From positions 5,270,001 through 5,334,000 of the forward strand of contig OZ024741.1 in NCBI GenBank assembly GCA_964016885.1: DNA of 64,000 nucleotides, given 5' to 3'. The notes under the pieces were generated by a model that searched no databases, was not told the origin of the DNA, and saw only the letters and a program-made list of their open reading frames with translations. The position numbers and the translations under genes are program-made. The DNA is from Eledone cirrhosa (Eukaryota). Shown here in pieces: positions 53,601 through 64,000 of the stretch (position 1 is the stretch's first letter; the number at the start of each line of letters is the position of its first letter).

Positions 53601-56600
53601 TGGTCCACTTGAGGTTATTACAGTGATCCACTTGAGGAGGTTATTACAGTGGTCCACTTGAGGTTATTACAGTGATCCACTTGAGGTTATTACAGTGGTC
53701 CACTTGAGGAGGCTATTACAGTGGTCCACTTGAGGTTATTACAGTTGTCCACTTGAGGAAGCTATTACAGTGGTCCATTTGAGGTTATTACAGTGGTCCA
53801 CTTGAGGAGGCTATTACAGTGGTCCACTTGAGGTTATTACAGTGGTCCACTTGAGGTTATTACAGTGGTCCACTTGTGGAGGCTATTACAGTGGTCCACT
53901 TGATGTTATTACAGTGGTCCACTTTTGGAGGTTATTACAGTGGTCCACTTGAGGTTATTACAGTGGTCGACTTGAGGTTATTACAGTGGTCCACTTGTGG
54001 AGGTTATTACAATGGTCCACTTGAGGAGGTTATTACAGTGGTCCACTTGAGGTTATTACAGTGGTCCACTTGAGGAGGTTATTACAGTGGTCCACTTGAG
54101 GTTATTACAGTGGTCCACTTGAGGATTTTATTACAGTGGTCCACTTGAGGTTATTACAATGGTCCACATGAGGATTTTATTACAGTGTTCCACTTGAGGA
54201 GGTTATTACAGTGGTCCACTTGAGGAGGTTATTACAGTGGTCCACTTGAGATTATTACAGTGGTCCACTTGAGGTTATTACAGTGGTCCACTTGAGGTGG
54301 CTATTAAAGTGGTCCACTTGTGGACGTTATTACAGTGGTCCACTTGAGGTTATTACAGTGGTCCACTTGAGGTGGCTATTACAGTGGTCCACTTGAGGAG
54401 GCTATTACAGTGGTCCACTTGAGGAGGTTATTACAGTGGTCCACTTGAGGAGGTTATTACAGTGGTCCACTTGAGGTGGCTATTACAGTGGTTCACTTGA
54501 GGTTATTACAGTGGTCCAATTGAGGAGGTTATTACAGTGGTCCACTTGAGGTTATTACAGTGGTCCAATTGAGGAGGTTATTACAGTGGTCCACTTGAGG
54601 AGGTTATTACATTGGTCCACTTGAGGTTATTACAGTGTTCCACTTGAGGTGGTTACTACAGTGGTCCACTTGAGGAGGTTATTACAGTGGTCCACTTGAG
54701 GTTATTACAGTGGTCCACTTGAGGAGGCTATTACAGTGGTCCACTTAAGGTTATTACAGTGGTCCACTTGAGGAGGTTATTACAGTGGCCCAGTTGAGGA
54801 GGTTATTACAGTGGTCCACTTGAGGCTATTACAGTGGTCCACTTGAGGAGGCCATTACAGTGGTCCACTTGAGGTTATTACAGTGGTCCACTTGAGGAGG
54901 CTATTACAGCGGTCCACTTGAGGTTATTACAGTGGTCCACTTGAGGAGGTTATTACAGTGGTCCACTTGAGGTTATTACAGTGGTCCACTTGAGGAGCCT
55001 ATTACAGTGGTCCACTTGAGAAGGTTATTACAGTGGTCCACTTGAGGTTATTACAGTGGTCCACTTGAGGATGTTTTTAGAGTTGTCCACTTGAGGAGGT
55101 TATTACAGTGGTCCAATTGAGAAGGGTATTACAGTGGTCCACTTGAGGAGGCTATTACAGTGGTCCACTTGAGAAGGTCATTACAGTGGCCCACTTGAGG
55201 TTATTACAGTTGTCCACTTGAGGATGTTTTTAGAGTTGTCCACTTGAGGAGGTTATTACAGTGGTCCAATTGAGAAGGTTATTACAGTGGTCCACTTGAG
55301 GTCATTACAGTGGTCCACTTGAGGTGGTTATTACAGCGGTCCACTTGAGGTTATTAAAGTAGTCCAATTGAGGTTATTACAGTGGTCCACTTGAGGTTAT
55401 TCCAGTGGTCCACTTGAGGAGGTTATTACAGTGGTCCACTTGAGGTTATTACAGTGGTCCACTTGAGGTTATTACAGTGGTCCACTTGTAGGGGTTATTA
55501 CAGTGGTGCACTTCAGGTTATTACAGTGGTCCACATGAGGATTTTATTACAGTGGTCCACTTGAGGTGGCTATTACAGTGGTCCACTTGAGGAGGTTATT
55601 ACAGTGGTCCACTTGAGGTTATTACAGTGGTCGACTTGAGGTTATTACAGTGGTCCACTTGAGGAGGTTATTACAATGGTCCACTTGGGGAGGTTATTAC
55701 AGTGGTTCTCTTGAGGAGGCTATTACAGTGGTCCACTTGAGGTTATTACAGTCGTCCACTTGAGGAGGTTATTACAGTGGTCCACTTGAGGAGGCTATTA
55801 CAGTGGTCCACTTGAGGTTATTACAGTGGTCCACTTGAGGAGGTTATTACAGTGGTCCACTTGAGGAGGTTATTACAGTGGTCCACTTGAGGTTAATACA
55901 GAGGTCCACTTGAGGAGGTTATTACAGTGGTCCACTTGAGGTTATTACAGTGGTCCATTTGAGGAGGTTATTACAGTGGTCCACTTGAGGAGGTTATTAC
56001 AGTGGTCCACTTGAGGTTATTACAGTGGTCCACTTGTAGAGGTTATTACAGTGGTGCACTTCAGGTTATTACAGTGGTCCACATGAGGATTTTATTACAG
56101 TGGTCCACTTGAGGTAGCTATTACAGTGGTCCACTTGAGGAGGTTATTACAGTGGTCCACTTTAGGTTATTACAGTGGTCCACCTGAGGTTATTACAGTG
56201 GTCCACTTGAGGAGGTTATTACAGTGGTCCACTTCAGGTTATTACAATGGTGCACTTGAGGAGCCTATTACAGTGGTCCACTTGAGGTTATTAAAGTGGT
56301 CCACTTGAGGAGGTTATTACAGTTGTACATTTTAGGTGGCTATTACAGTGGTCCACTTGAGGAGGTTATTACAGTGGTCCACTTGAGGAGGTTATTACAG
56401 TGGTCCACTTGAGGTTATTACAGTGGTCCACGTGAGGAGGCTATTACAGTGGTCCACTTGAGGTGGCTATTACAGTGGTCCACTTGACGAGGTTATTACG
56501 GTGGTCCACTTGAGGAGGCTATTACAGTGGTCCACTTGAGGAGGCTATTACAGAGGTCCACTTGAGGTGGCTATTACAGTGGTCCACTTGAGGTTATTAC

Positions 56601-59600
56601 AGTGGTCCACTTGAGGAGGTTATTACAGTGGTACACTTGAGGTTATTACAGTGGTCCACGTGAGGAGGCTATTACAGTGGTCCACTTGAGGAGGCTATTA
56701 CAGTGGTCCACTTGAGGAGGCTATTACAGTGGTCCACTTGAGGTTATTACAGTGGTCCACTTGAGTAAGCTATTACAGAGGTCCACTTGAGGTTATTACA
56801 GTGGTCCACTTCAGGTTATTACAGTGGTCTTCTTGATGTTATTACAGTGGTCCACTTGAAGTTATTACAGTGGTCCACTTGAGGAGGCTATTACAGAGGT
56901 CCACTTGAGATTATTACAGTGGTCCACTTGAGGAGGTTATTACAGTGGTCCACTTAAGGAGGTTATTACAGTGGTCCACTTGAGGAGACTATTACAGTGG
57001 TTCACTTGAGGAGGTTATTACAGTGGTCCACTTGAGGAGGTTATTACAGTGGTCCACTTGAGGTTATTACAGTGGTCCAATTGAGGAGGTTATTACAGTG
57101 GTCCACTTGAGGAGGCTATTACAGTGGTCCACTTGAGGAGGTTATTACAGTGGTCCACTTGAGCTCATTACAGTGGTCCACTTGAGGAGGTTATTACAGT
57201 GGTCCACTTGAGGAGGTTATTACAGTGGTCCACTTGTGGTTATTACAGTGGTCCACTTGAGGAGGCTATTACAGTGGTCCATTTGAGGTTATTACAGTGG
57301 TCCACTTGAGGAGGTTATTACAGTGGTCCACTTGAGGTTATTACAGTGGTCCACTTGAGGTTATTACAGTTGTCCACTTGAGGTTATTACAGTGGTCCAC
57401 TTGAGGAGGCTACTACAGTGGTCCACTTGAGGTTATTACAGTGATCCACTTGAGGAGGTTATTACAGTGGTCCACTTGAGGTTATTACAGTGGTCCACTT
57501 GAGGTTATTACAGTGGTCCACTTGAGGAGGCTATTACAGTGGTCCACTTGAGGTTATTACAGTTGTCCACTTGAGGAAGCTATTACAGTGGTCCACTTGA
57601 GGTTATTACAGTGGTCCACTTGAGGAAGCTATTACAGTGGTCCACTTGAGGTTATTACAGTGGTCCACTTGAGGAGGCTATTACAGTGGTCCACTTGAGG
57701 AGGTTATTACAGTGGTCCACTTGAGGTTATTACAGTGGTCCATTTGTAGAGGTTATTACAGTGGTGCACTTCAGGTTATTACAGTGGTCCACATGAGGAT
57801 TTTATTACAGTGGTCCACTTGAGGTAGCTATTACAGTGGTCCACTTGAGGAGGTTATTACAGTGGTCCACTTTAGGTTATTACAGTGGTCCACCTGAGGT
57901 TATTACAGTGGTCCACTTGAGGAGGTTATTACAGTGGTCCACTTCAGGTTATTACAGTGGTGCACTTGAGGAGCCTATTACAGTGGTCCACTTGAGGTTA
58001 TTAAAGTGGTCCACTTGAGGAGGTTATTACAGTGGTACATTTTAGGTGGCTATTACAGTGGTCCACTTGAGGAGGTTATTACAGTGGTCCACTTGAGGAG
58101 GTTATTACAGTGGTCCACTTGAGGTTATTACAGTGGTCCACGTGAGGAGGCTATTACAGTGGTCCACTTGAGGTGGCTATTACAGTGGTCCACTTGACGA
58201 GGTTATTACGGTGGTCCACTTGAGGAGGCTATTACAGTGGTCCACTTGAGGAGGCTATTACAGAGGTCCACTTGAGGTGGCTATTACAGTGGTCCACTTG
58301 AGGTTATTACAGTGGTCCACTTGAGGAGGTTATTACAGTGGTCCACTTGAGGTTATTACAGTGGTCCACGTGAGGAGTCTATTACAGTGGTCCACTTGAG
58401 GAGGCTATTACAGTGGTCCACTTGAGGAGGCTATTACAGTGGTCCACTTGAGGTTATTACAGTGGTCCACTTGAGTAGGCTATTACAGAGGTCCACTTGA
58501 GGTTATTACAGTGGTCCACTTGAGGTTATTACAGTGGTCTTCTTGATGTTATTACAGTGGTCCACTTGAAGTTATTACAGTGGTCCACTTGAGGAGGCTA
58601 TTACAGAGGTCCACTTGAGATTATTACAGTGGTCCACTTGAGGAGGTTATTACAGTGGTCCACTTAAGGAGGTTATTACAGTGGTCCACTTGAGGAGACT
58701 ATTACAGTGGTTCACTTGAGGAGGTTATTACAGTGGTCCACTTGAGGAGGTTATTACAGTGGTCCACTTGAGCTCATTACAGTGGTCCACTTGAGGAGGT
58801 TATTACAGTGGTCCACTTGAGGAGGTTATTACAGTGGTCCACTTGTGGTTATTACAGTGGTCCACTTGAGGAGGCTATTACAGTGGTCCATTTGAGGTTA
58901 TTACAGTGGTCCACTTGAGGAGGTTATTACAGTGGTCCACTTGAGGTTATTACAGTGGTCCACTTGAGGTTATTACAGTTGTCCACTTGAGGTTATTACA
59001 GTGGTCCACTTGAGGAGGCTATTACAGTGGTCCACTTGAGGTTATTACAGTGATCCACTTGAGGAGGTTATTACAGTGGTCCACTTGAGGTTATTACAGT
59101 GGTCCACTTGAGGTTATTACAGTGGTCCACTTGAGGAGGCTATTACAGTGGTCCACTTGAGGTTATTACAGTTGTCCACTTGAGGAAGCTATTACAGTGG
59201 TCCACTTGAGGTTATTACAGTGGTCCACTTGAGGAGGCTATTACAGTGGTCCACTTGAGGTTATTACAGTGGTCCACTTGAGGTTATTACAGTGGTCCAC
59301 TTGAGGAGGCTATTACAGTTGTCCACTTGATGTTATTACAGTGGTCCACTTGTGGAGGTTATTACAGTGGTCCACTTGAGGTTATTACAGTGGTCGACTT
59401 GAGGTTATTACAGTGGTCCACTTGAGGGGGCTATTACAGTGATCCACTTGAGAAGGTTATTACAGTGGTCCACTTGAGGTTATTACAGTGGTCCACTTGA
59501 GGAGTTTATTACAGTGGTCCACTTGAGGGGTTATTACAGTGGTCCACTTGAGAAGGTTATTACAGTGGTCCACTTGAGGAGGTTATTACAGTGGTCCACT

Positions 59601-62600
59601 TGATGTTATTACAGTGGTCTACTTGAGGAGGCTATTACAGTGGTCCACTTGAGGAGGTTATTACAGTGGTCCACTTGAGGAGGCTATTACAGTGGTCTAC
59701 TTGAGGTTATTACAGTGGTCCACTTGAGGGGGTTATTACAGTGGTCCACTTGAGGTTATTACAGTGGTCCACTTGAGGAGGTTATTACAGTGGTCCAATT
59801 GAGGAGGTTATTACAGTGGTCCACTTGAGGTTATTACAGTGGACCAATTGAGGAGGTTATTACAGTGGTCCGTTTGAGGAGGTTATTACAGTGGTCCACT
59901 TGAGGTTATTACAGTGGTCCACTTGAGGAGGTTTTTACAGTGGTCCAATTGAGGAGGTTATTACAGTGGTCCACTTGAGGAGTTTATTACAGTGGTCCAC
60001 TTGAGGAGGTTATTACAGAGGTCCAATTGAGGAGGTTATTACAGTGGTCCACTTGAGGAGGTTATTACAGTGGTCCAGTTGATGTTATTACAGTGGTACA
60101 CTAGAGGAGGTTATTACAGTGGTCCACTTGAGGTTATTACAGTGGTCCACTTGAGGAGGTTATTACAGTGGTCCACTTGAGGTTATTACAGTGGTCCACT
60201 TGAGGAGGCTATTACAGTGGTCCACTTGAGGTTATTACAGTGGTCCACTTGAGGAGGTTATTACAGTGGTCCACTTGAGGTTATTACAGTGGTCCACTTG
60301 AGGAGGTTATTACAGTGGTCCAATTGAGGAGGTTATTACAGTGGTCCACTTGAGGTTATTACAGTGGGCCACTAGAGGAGGTTATTACAGTGGTCCACTT
60401 GAGGTTATTACAGTGGTCCACTTGAGGAGGCTATTACAGTGGTCCACTTGAGGAGGTTATTACAGTGGTCCACTTGAGGAGGTTATTACAGTAGTCCACT
60501 TGAGGTGGTTATTACAGTGGTCCACTTGAGGTGGTTATTACAGTGGTCCACTTGAGGAGGCTATTACAGTGGTCCACTTGAGGAGGTTATTACAGTGGTC
60601 CACTTGAGGTTATTACAGTGGTCCACTTGAGGTTATTATAGTGGTTCACTTGAGGAGGCTATTACAGTGGTCCACTTGAGGTTATTACAGTGGTCCACTT
60701 GAGGAGGCTATTAAAGTGGTCCACTTGAGGTTATTACAGTGATCCACTTGAGGAGGCTATTACAGTGGTCCACTTGAGGTTATTTCAGTGATCCAGTTGA
60801 GGAGGTTATTACAGTGGTCCACTTGAGGTTATTACAGTGGTCCACTTGAGGTTATTACAGTGGTCCACTTGAGGGGGCTATTACAGTGGTCCACTTGAGA
60901 AGGTTATTACAGTGGTCAAGTTGAGGTTATTACAGTGGTCCCCTTGAGGAGGCTATTACAGTGGTCCACTTGAGGAGGTTATTACAGTGGTCCACTTGAG
61001 AAGGCTATTACAGTGGTCCACTTGAGAAGGTTATTACAGTGGTCCACTTGAGGTTATTACAGTGGACCATTTGAGGAGGTTATTACAGTGCTCCACTTGA
61101 GGAGGTTATTACAGTGGTCCACTTGAGGAGGTTATTACAGTGGTCCACTTGAGGAGGTTATTACAGTGGTCCACTTGAGGAGGTTATTACAGTGGTCCAC
61201 TTGAGGAGGTTATTACAGTGGTCCACTTGAGGTTATTACAGTGGTCCAATTGAGGAGGTTATTACAGTGGTCCACTTGAGGAGGCTATTACAGTGGTCCA
61301 CTTGAGGTTATTACAGTGGTCCACTTGAGGAGGTTAATACAGTGGTCCACTTGAGTTTATTACAGTGGTCCACTTGAGGAGGCTATTACAGTGGTCCACT
61401 TGAGGAGGTTATTACAGTGGTCCACTTGAGGTTATTACAGTGGTCCACTTGTGGAGGCTATTACAGTGGTCCACTTGAGGTTATTACAGTGGTCCACTTG
61501 AGGTTATTACAGTTGTCCACTTGATGTTATTACAGTGGTCCACTTGAGGAGGCTATTACAGTGGTCCACTTGAGGTTATTACAGTGATCCACTTGAGGAG
61601 GTTATTACAGTGGTCCACTTGAGGTTATTACAGTGATCCACTTGAGGTTATTACAGTGGTCCACTTGAGGAGGCTATTACAGTGGTCCACTTGAGGTTAT
61701 TACAGTTGTCCACTTGAGGAAGCTATTACAGTGGTCCACTTGAGGTTATTACAGTGGTCCACTTGAGGAGGCTATTACAGTGGTCCACTTGAGGTTATTA
61801 CAGTGGTCCACTTCAGGTTATTACAGTGACCCACTTGAGGTTATTACAGTGGTCCACTTGAGGAGGCTATTACAGTGGTCCACTTGAGGTTATTACAGTT
61901 GTCCACTTGAGGAAGCTATTACAGTGGTCCACTTGAGGTTATTACAGTGGTCCACTTGAGGAGGCTATTACAGAGGTCCACTTGAGATTATTACAGTGGT
62001 CCACTTGAGGAGGTTATTACAGTGGTCCACTTAAGGAGGTTATTACAGTGGTCCACTTGAGGAGACTATTACAGTGGTTCACTTGAGGAGGTTATTACAG
62101 TGGTCCACTTGAGGAGGTTATTACAGTGGTCCACTTGAGGTTATTACAGTGGTCCAATTGAGGAGGTTATTACAGTGGTCCACTTGAGGAGGCTATTACA
62201 GTGGTCCACTTGAGGAGGTTATTACAGTGGTCCACTTGAGCTCATTACAGTGGTCCACTTGAGGAGGTTATTACAGTGGTCCACTTGAGGAGGTTATTAC
62301 AGTGGTCCACTTGTGGTTATTACAGTGGTCCACTTGAGGAGGCTATTACAGTGGTCCATTTGAGGTTATTACAGTGGTCCACTTGAGGAGGTTATTACAG
62401 TGGTCCACTTGAGGTTATTACAGTGGTCCACTTGAGGTTATTACAGTTGTCAACTTGAGGTTATTACAGTGGTCCACTTGAGGAGGCTATTACAGTGGTC
62501 CACTTGAGGTTATTACAGTGATCAACTTGAGGAGGTTATTACAGTGGTCCACTTGAGGTTATTACAGTGGTCCACTTGAGGTTATTACAGTGGTCCACTT

Positions 62601-64000
62601 GAGGAGGCTATTACAGTGGTCCACTTGAGGTTATTACAGTTGTCCACTTGAGGAAGCTATTACAGTGGTCCACTTGAGGTTATTACAGTGGTCCACTTGA
62701 GGAAGCTATTACAGTGGTCCACTTGAGGTTATTACAGTGGTCCACTTGAGGAGGCTATTACAGTGGTCCACTTGAGGAGGTTATTACAGTGGTCCACTTG
62801 AGGTTATTACAGTGGTCCATTTGTAGAGGTTATTACAGTGGTGCACTTCAGGTTATTACAGTGGTCCACATGAGGATTTTATTACAGTGGTCCACTTGAG
62901 GTAGCTATTACAGTGGTCCACTTGAGGAGGTTATTACAGTGGTCCACTTTAGGTTATTACAGTGGTCCACCTGAGGTTATTACAGTGGTCCACTTGAGGA
63001 GGTTATTACAGTGGTCCACTTCAGGTTATTACAGTGGTGCACTTGAGGAGCCTATTACAGTGGTCCACTTGAGGTTATTAAAGTGGTCCACTTGAGGAGG
63101 TTATTACAGTGGTACATTTTAGGTGGCTATTACAGTGGTCCACTTGAGGAGGTTATTACAGTGGTCCACTTGAGGAGGTTATTACAGTGGTCCACTTGAG
63201 GTTATTACAGTGGTCCACGTGAGGAGGCTATTACAGTGGTCCACTTGAGGTGGCTATTACAGTGGTCCACTTGACGAGGTTATTACGGTGGTCCACTTGA
63301 GGAGGCTATTACAGTGGTCCACTTGAGGAGGCTATTACAGAGGTCCACTTGAGGTGGCTATTACAGTGGTCCACTTGAGGTTATTACAGTAGTCCACTTG
63401 AGGAGGTTATTACAGTGGTCCACTTGAGGTTATTACAGTGGTCCACGTGAGGAGGCTATTACAGTGGTCCACTTGAGGAGGCTATTACAGTGGTCCACTT
63501 GAGGAGGCTATTACAGTGGTCCACTTGAGGTTATTACAGTGGTCCACTTGAGTAGGCTATTACAGAGGTCCACTTGAGGTTATTACAGTGGTCCACTTGA
63601 GGTTATTACAGTGGTCTTCTTGATGTTATTACAGTGGTCCACTTGAAGTTATTACAGTGGTCCACTTGAGGAGGCTATTACAGAGGTCCACTTGAGATTA
63701 TTACAGTGGTCCACTTGAGGAGGTTATTACAGTGGTCCACTTAAGGAGGTTATTACAGTGGTCCACTTGAGGAGACTATTACAGTGGTTCACATAAGGAG
63801 GTTATTACAGTGGTCCACTTGAGGAGGTTATTACAGTGGTCCACTTGAGGTTATTACAGTGGTCCAATTGAGGAGGTTATTACAGTGGTCCACTTGAGGA
63901 GGCTATTACAGTGGTCCACTTGAGGAGGTTATTACAGTGGTCCACTTGAGCTCATTACAGTGGTCCACTTGAGGAGGTTATTACAGTGGTCCACTTGAGG
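38621..64000. repeat. Giant higher-order repeat, copy 2 (incomplete, runs off the window end)
   Basis: Collinear with copy 1 at stepwise offsets: 38500, 38471 (7381/45852), 26645 (22855/49500), 24111 (28511/52622), 29682 (30681/60363), 30293 (32620/62913), 29350 (34601/63951). Confidence 0.85.
55975..59220. repeat. About 1.7-kb adjacent repeat of the ORF-containing block (older, several SNP and indel differences)
   Basis: ORFs at 56126/57836 (+1710). The downstream order of variants CACGTG, GACGAGG, TCTTCTTG, GAGACT, GAGCTC, GAAGCT is the same in both. Confidence 0.7.

Larger units (their letters stand above)
1..64000. repeat. Tandem satellite array with 23/26-bp dimorphic monomer GTGGTCCACTTGAG(GAG)GTTATTACA, single orientation, apparently extending beyond both window edges
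   Basis: Seen directly: the monomer starts at 1, 27, 53 and continues to base 64000 with no non-repeat sequence. Most monomers carry 0-1 substitutions. The 26-mer consensus is 8G/8T/6A/4C (46% GC) with no CpG. Confidence 0.98.

Noticed and set aside
2467-63095. Twelve 60-65 aa ORFs (MVHLRRLLQWST..., MEAITVVHL...)
   Set aside because: They are translations of the satellite. Both monomer lengths are 2 mod 3, so each frame meets the monomer's TGA every third unit. These ORFs arise where two in-frame TGAs happen to be mutated (TTA/TCA, TGC/TGT, TTT/TGT). They start at the repeat's GTG, and ten of them are copies of one block.
1-64000. CRISPR array (short, partly palindromic repeat)
   Set aside because: The repeats abut directly with no unique spacers, and there is no leader or cas gene.
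1-64000. Telomerase-made repeat (G/T-rich strand, 23-26 bp like Candida/Kluyveromyces units, GGTTA..CAG reminiscent of fission yeast)
   Set aside because: SNP patterns are inherited in multi-kb blocks, which indicates recombination or replication copying rather than templated addition. It matches no telomere unit I recognise. A subtelomeric location cannot be excluded.
1-64000. GLI-type site (GACCAC on the minus strand)
   Set aside because: GACCACTGT matches only 6 of 9 bases of the GACCACCCA consensus.
1-64000. Centromere assignment or a named satellite family
   Set aside because: I recognise no CENP-B box or known monomer. This needs a Dfam/Repbase/BLAST search and CENH3 data, which I cannot run.
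1-64000. Pure artefact (primer concatemer, rolling-circle product or synthetic sequence)
   Set aside because: Hierarchically shared variants with private SNPs at several divergence levels fit natural evolution. Only the near-identical duplications remain suspect as assembly errors.

Overview
The whole 64 kb window is one uninterrupted head-to-tail satellite array. The monomer has two lengths: 26 bp GTGGTCCACTTGAGGAGGTTATTACA and 23 bp GTGGTCCACTTGAGGTTATTACA, which differ by one GAG/AGG triplet. By length there are roughly 2,600 monomers. I see no unique sequence, inversion, transposon, RNA gene, CRISPR spacer or credible protein gene. The 12 short ORFs are chance read-throughs of the TGA carried by the consensus monomer. 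I cannot name the organism or satellite family; a eukaryotic heterochromatic array is the most likely source (inference). The real information is in the order of variant monomers. Rare SNPs used as landmarks resolve about 1.9 collinear copies of a giant higher-order unit: copy 1 at about 121-38620 and copy 2 from 38621 to beyond the window end. The copies differ by nested duplications (8746, 3158, 2609, 943 bp) and indels whose sizes account arithmetically for most changes in offset. The consensus monomer also carries an 11-bp dyad (AGTGG-T-CCACT) overlapping an NK-2-type/E-box motif (CCACTTGA). I cannot support a novel gene-encoded system here. All offsets were read by eye from landmark SNPs, and breakpoints are approximate to one or a few monomers.
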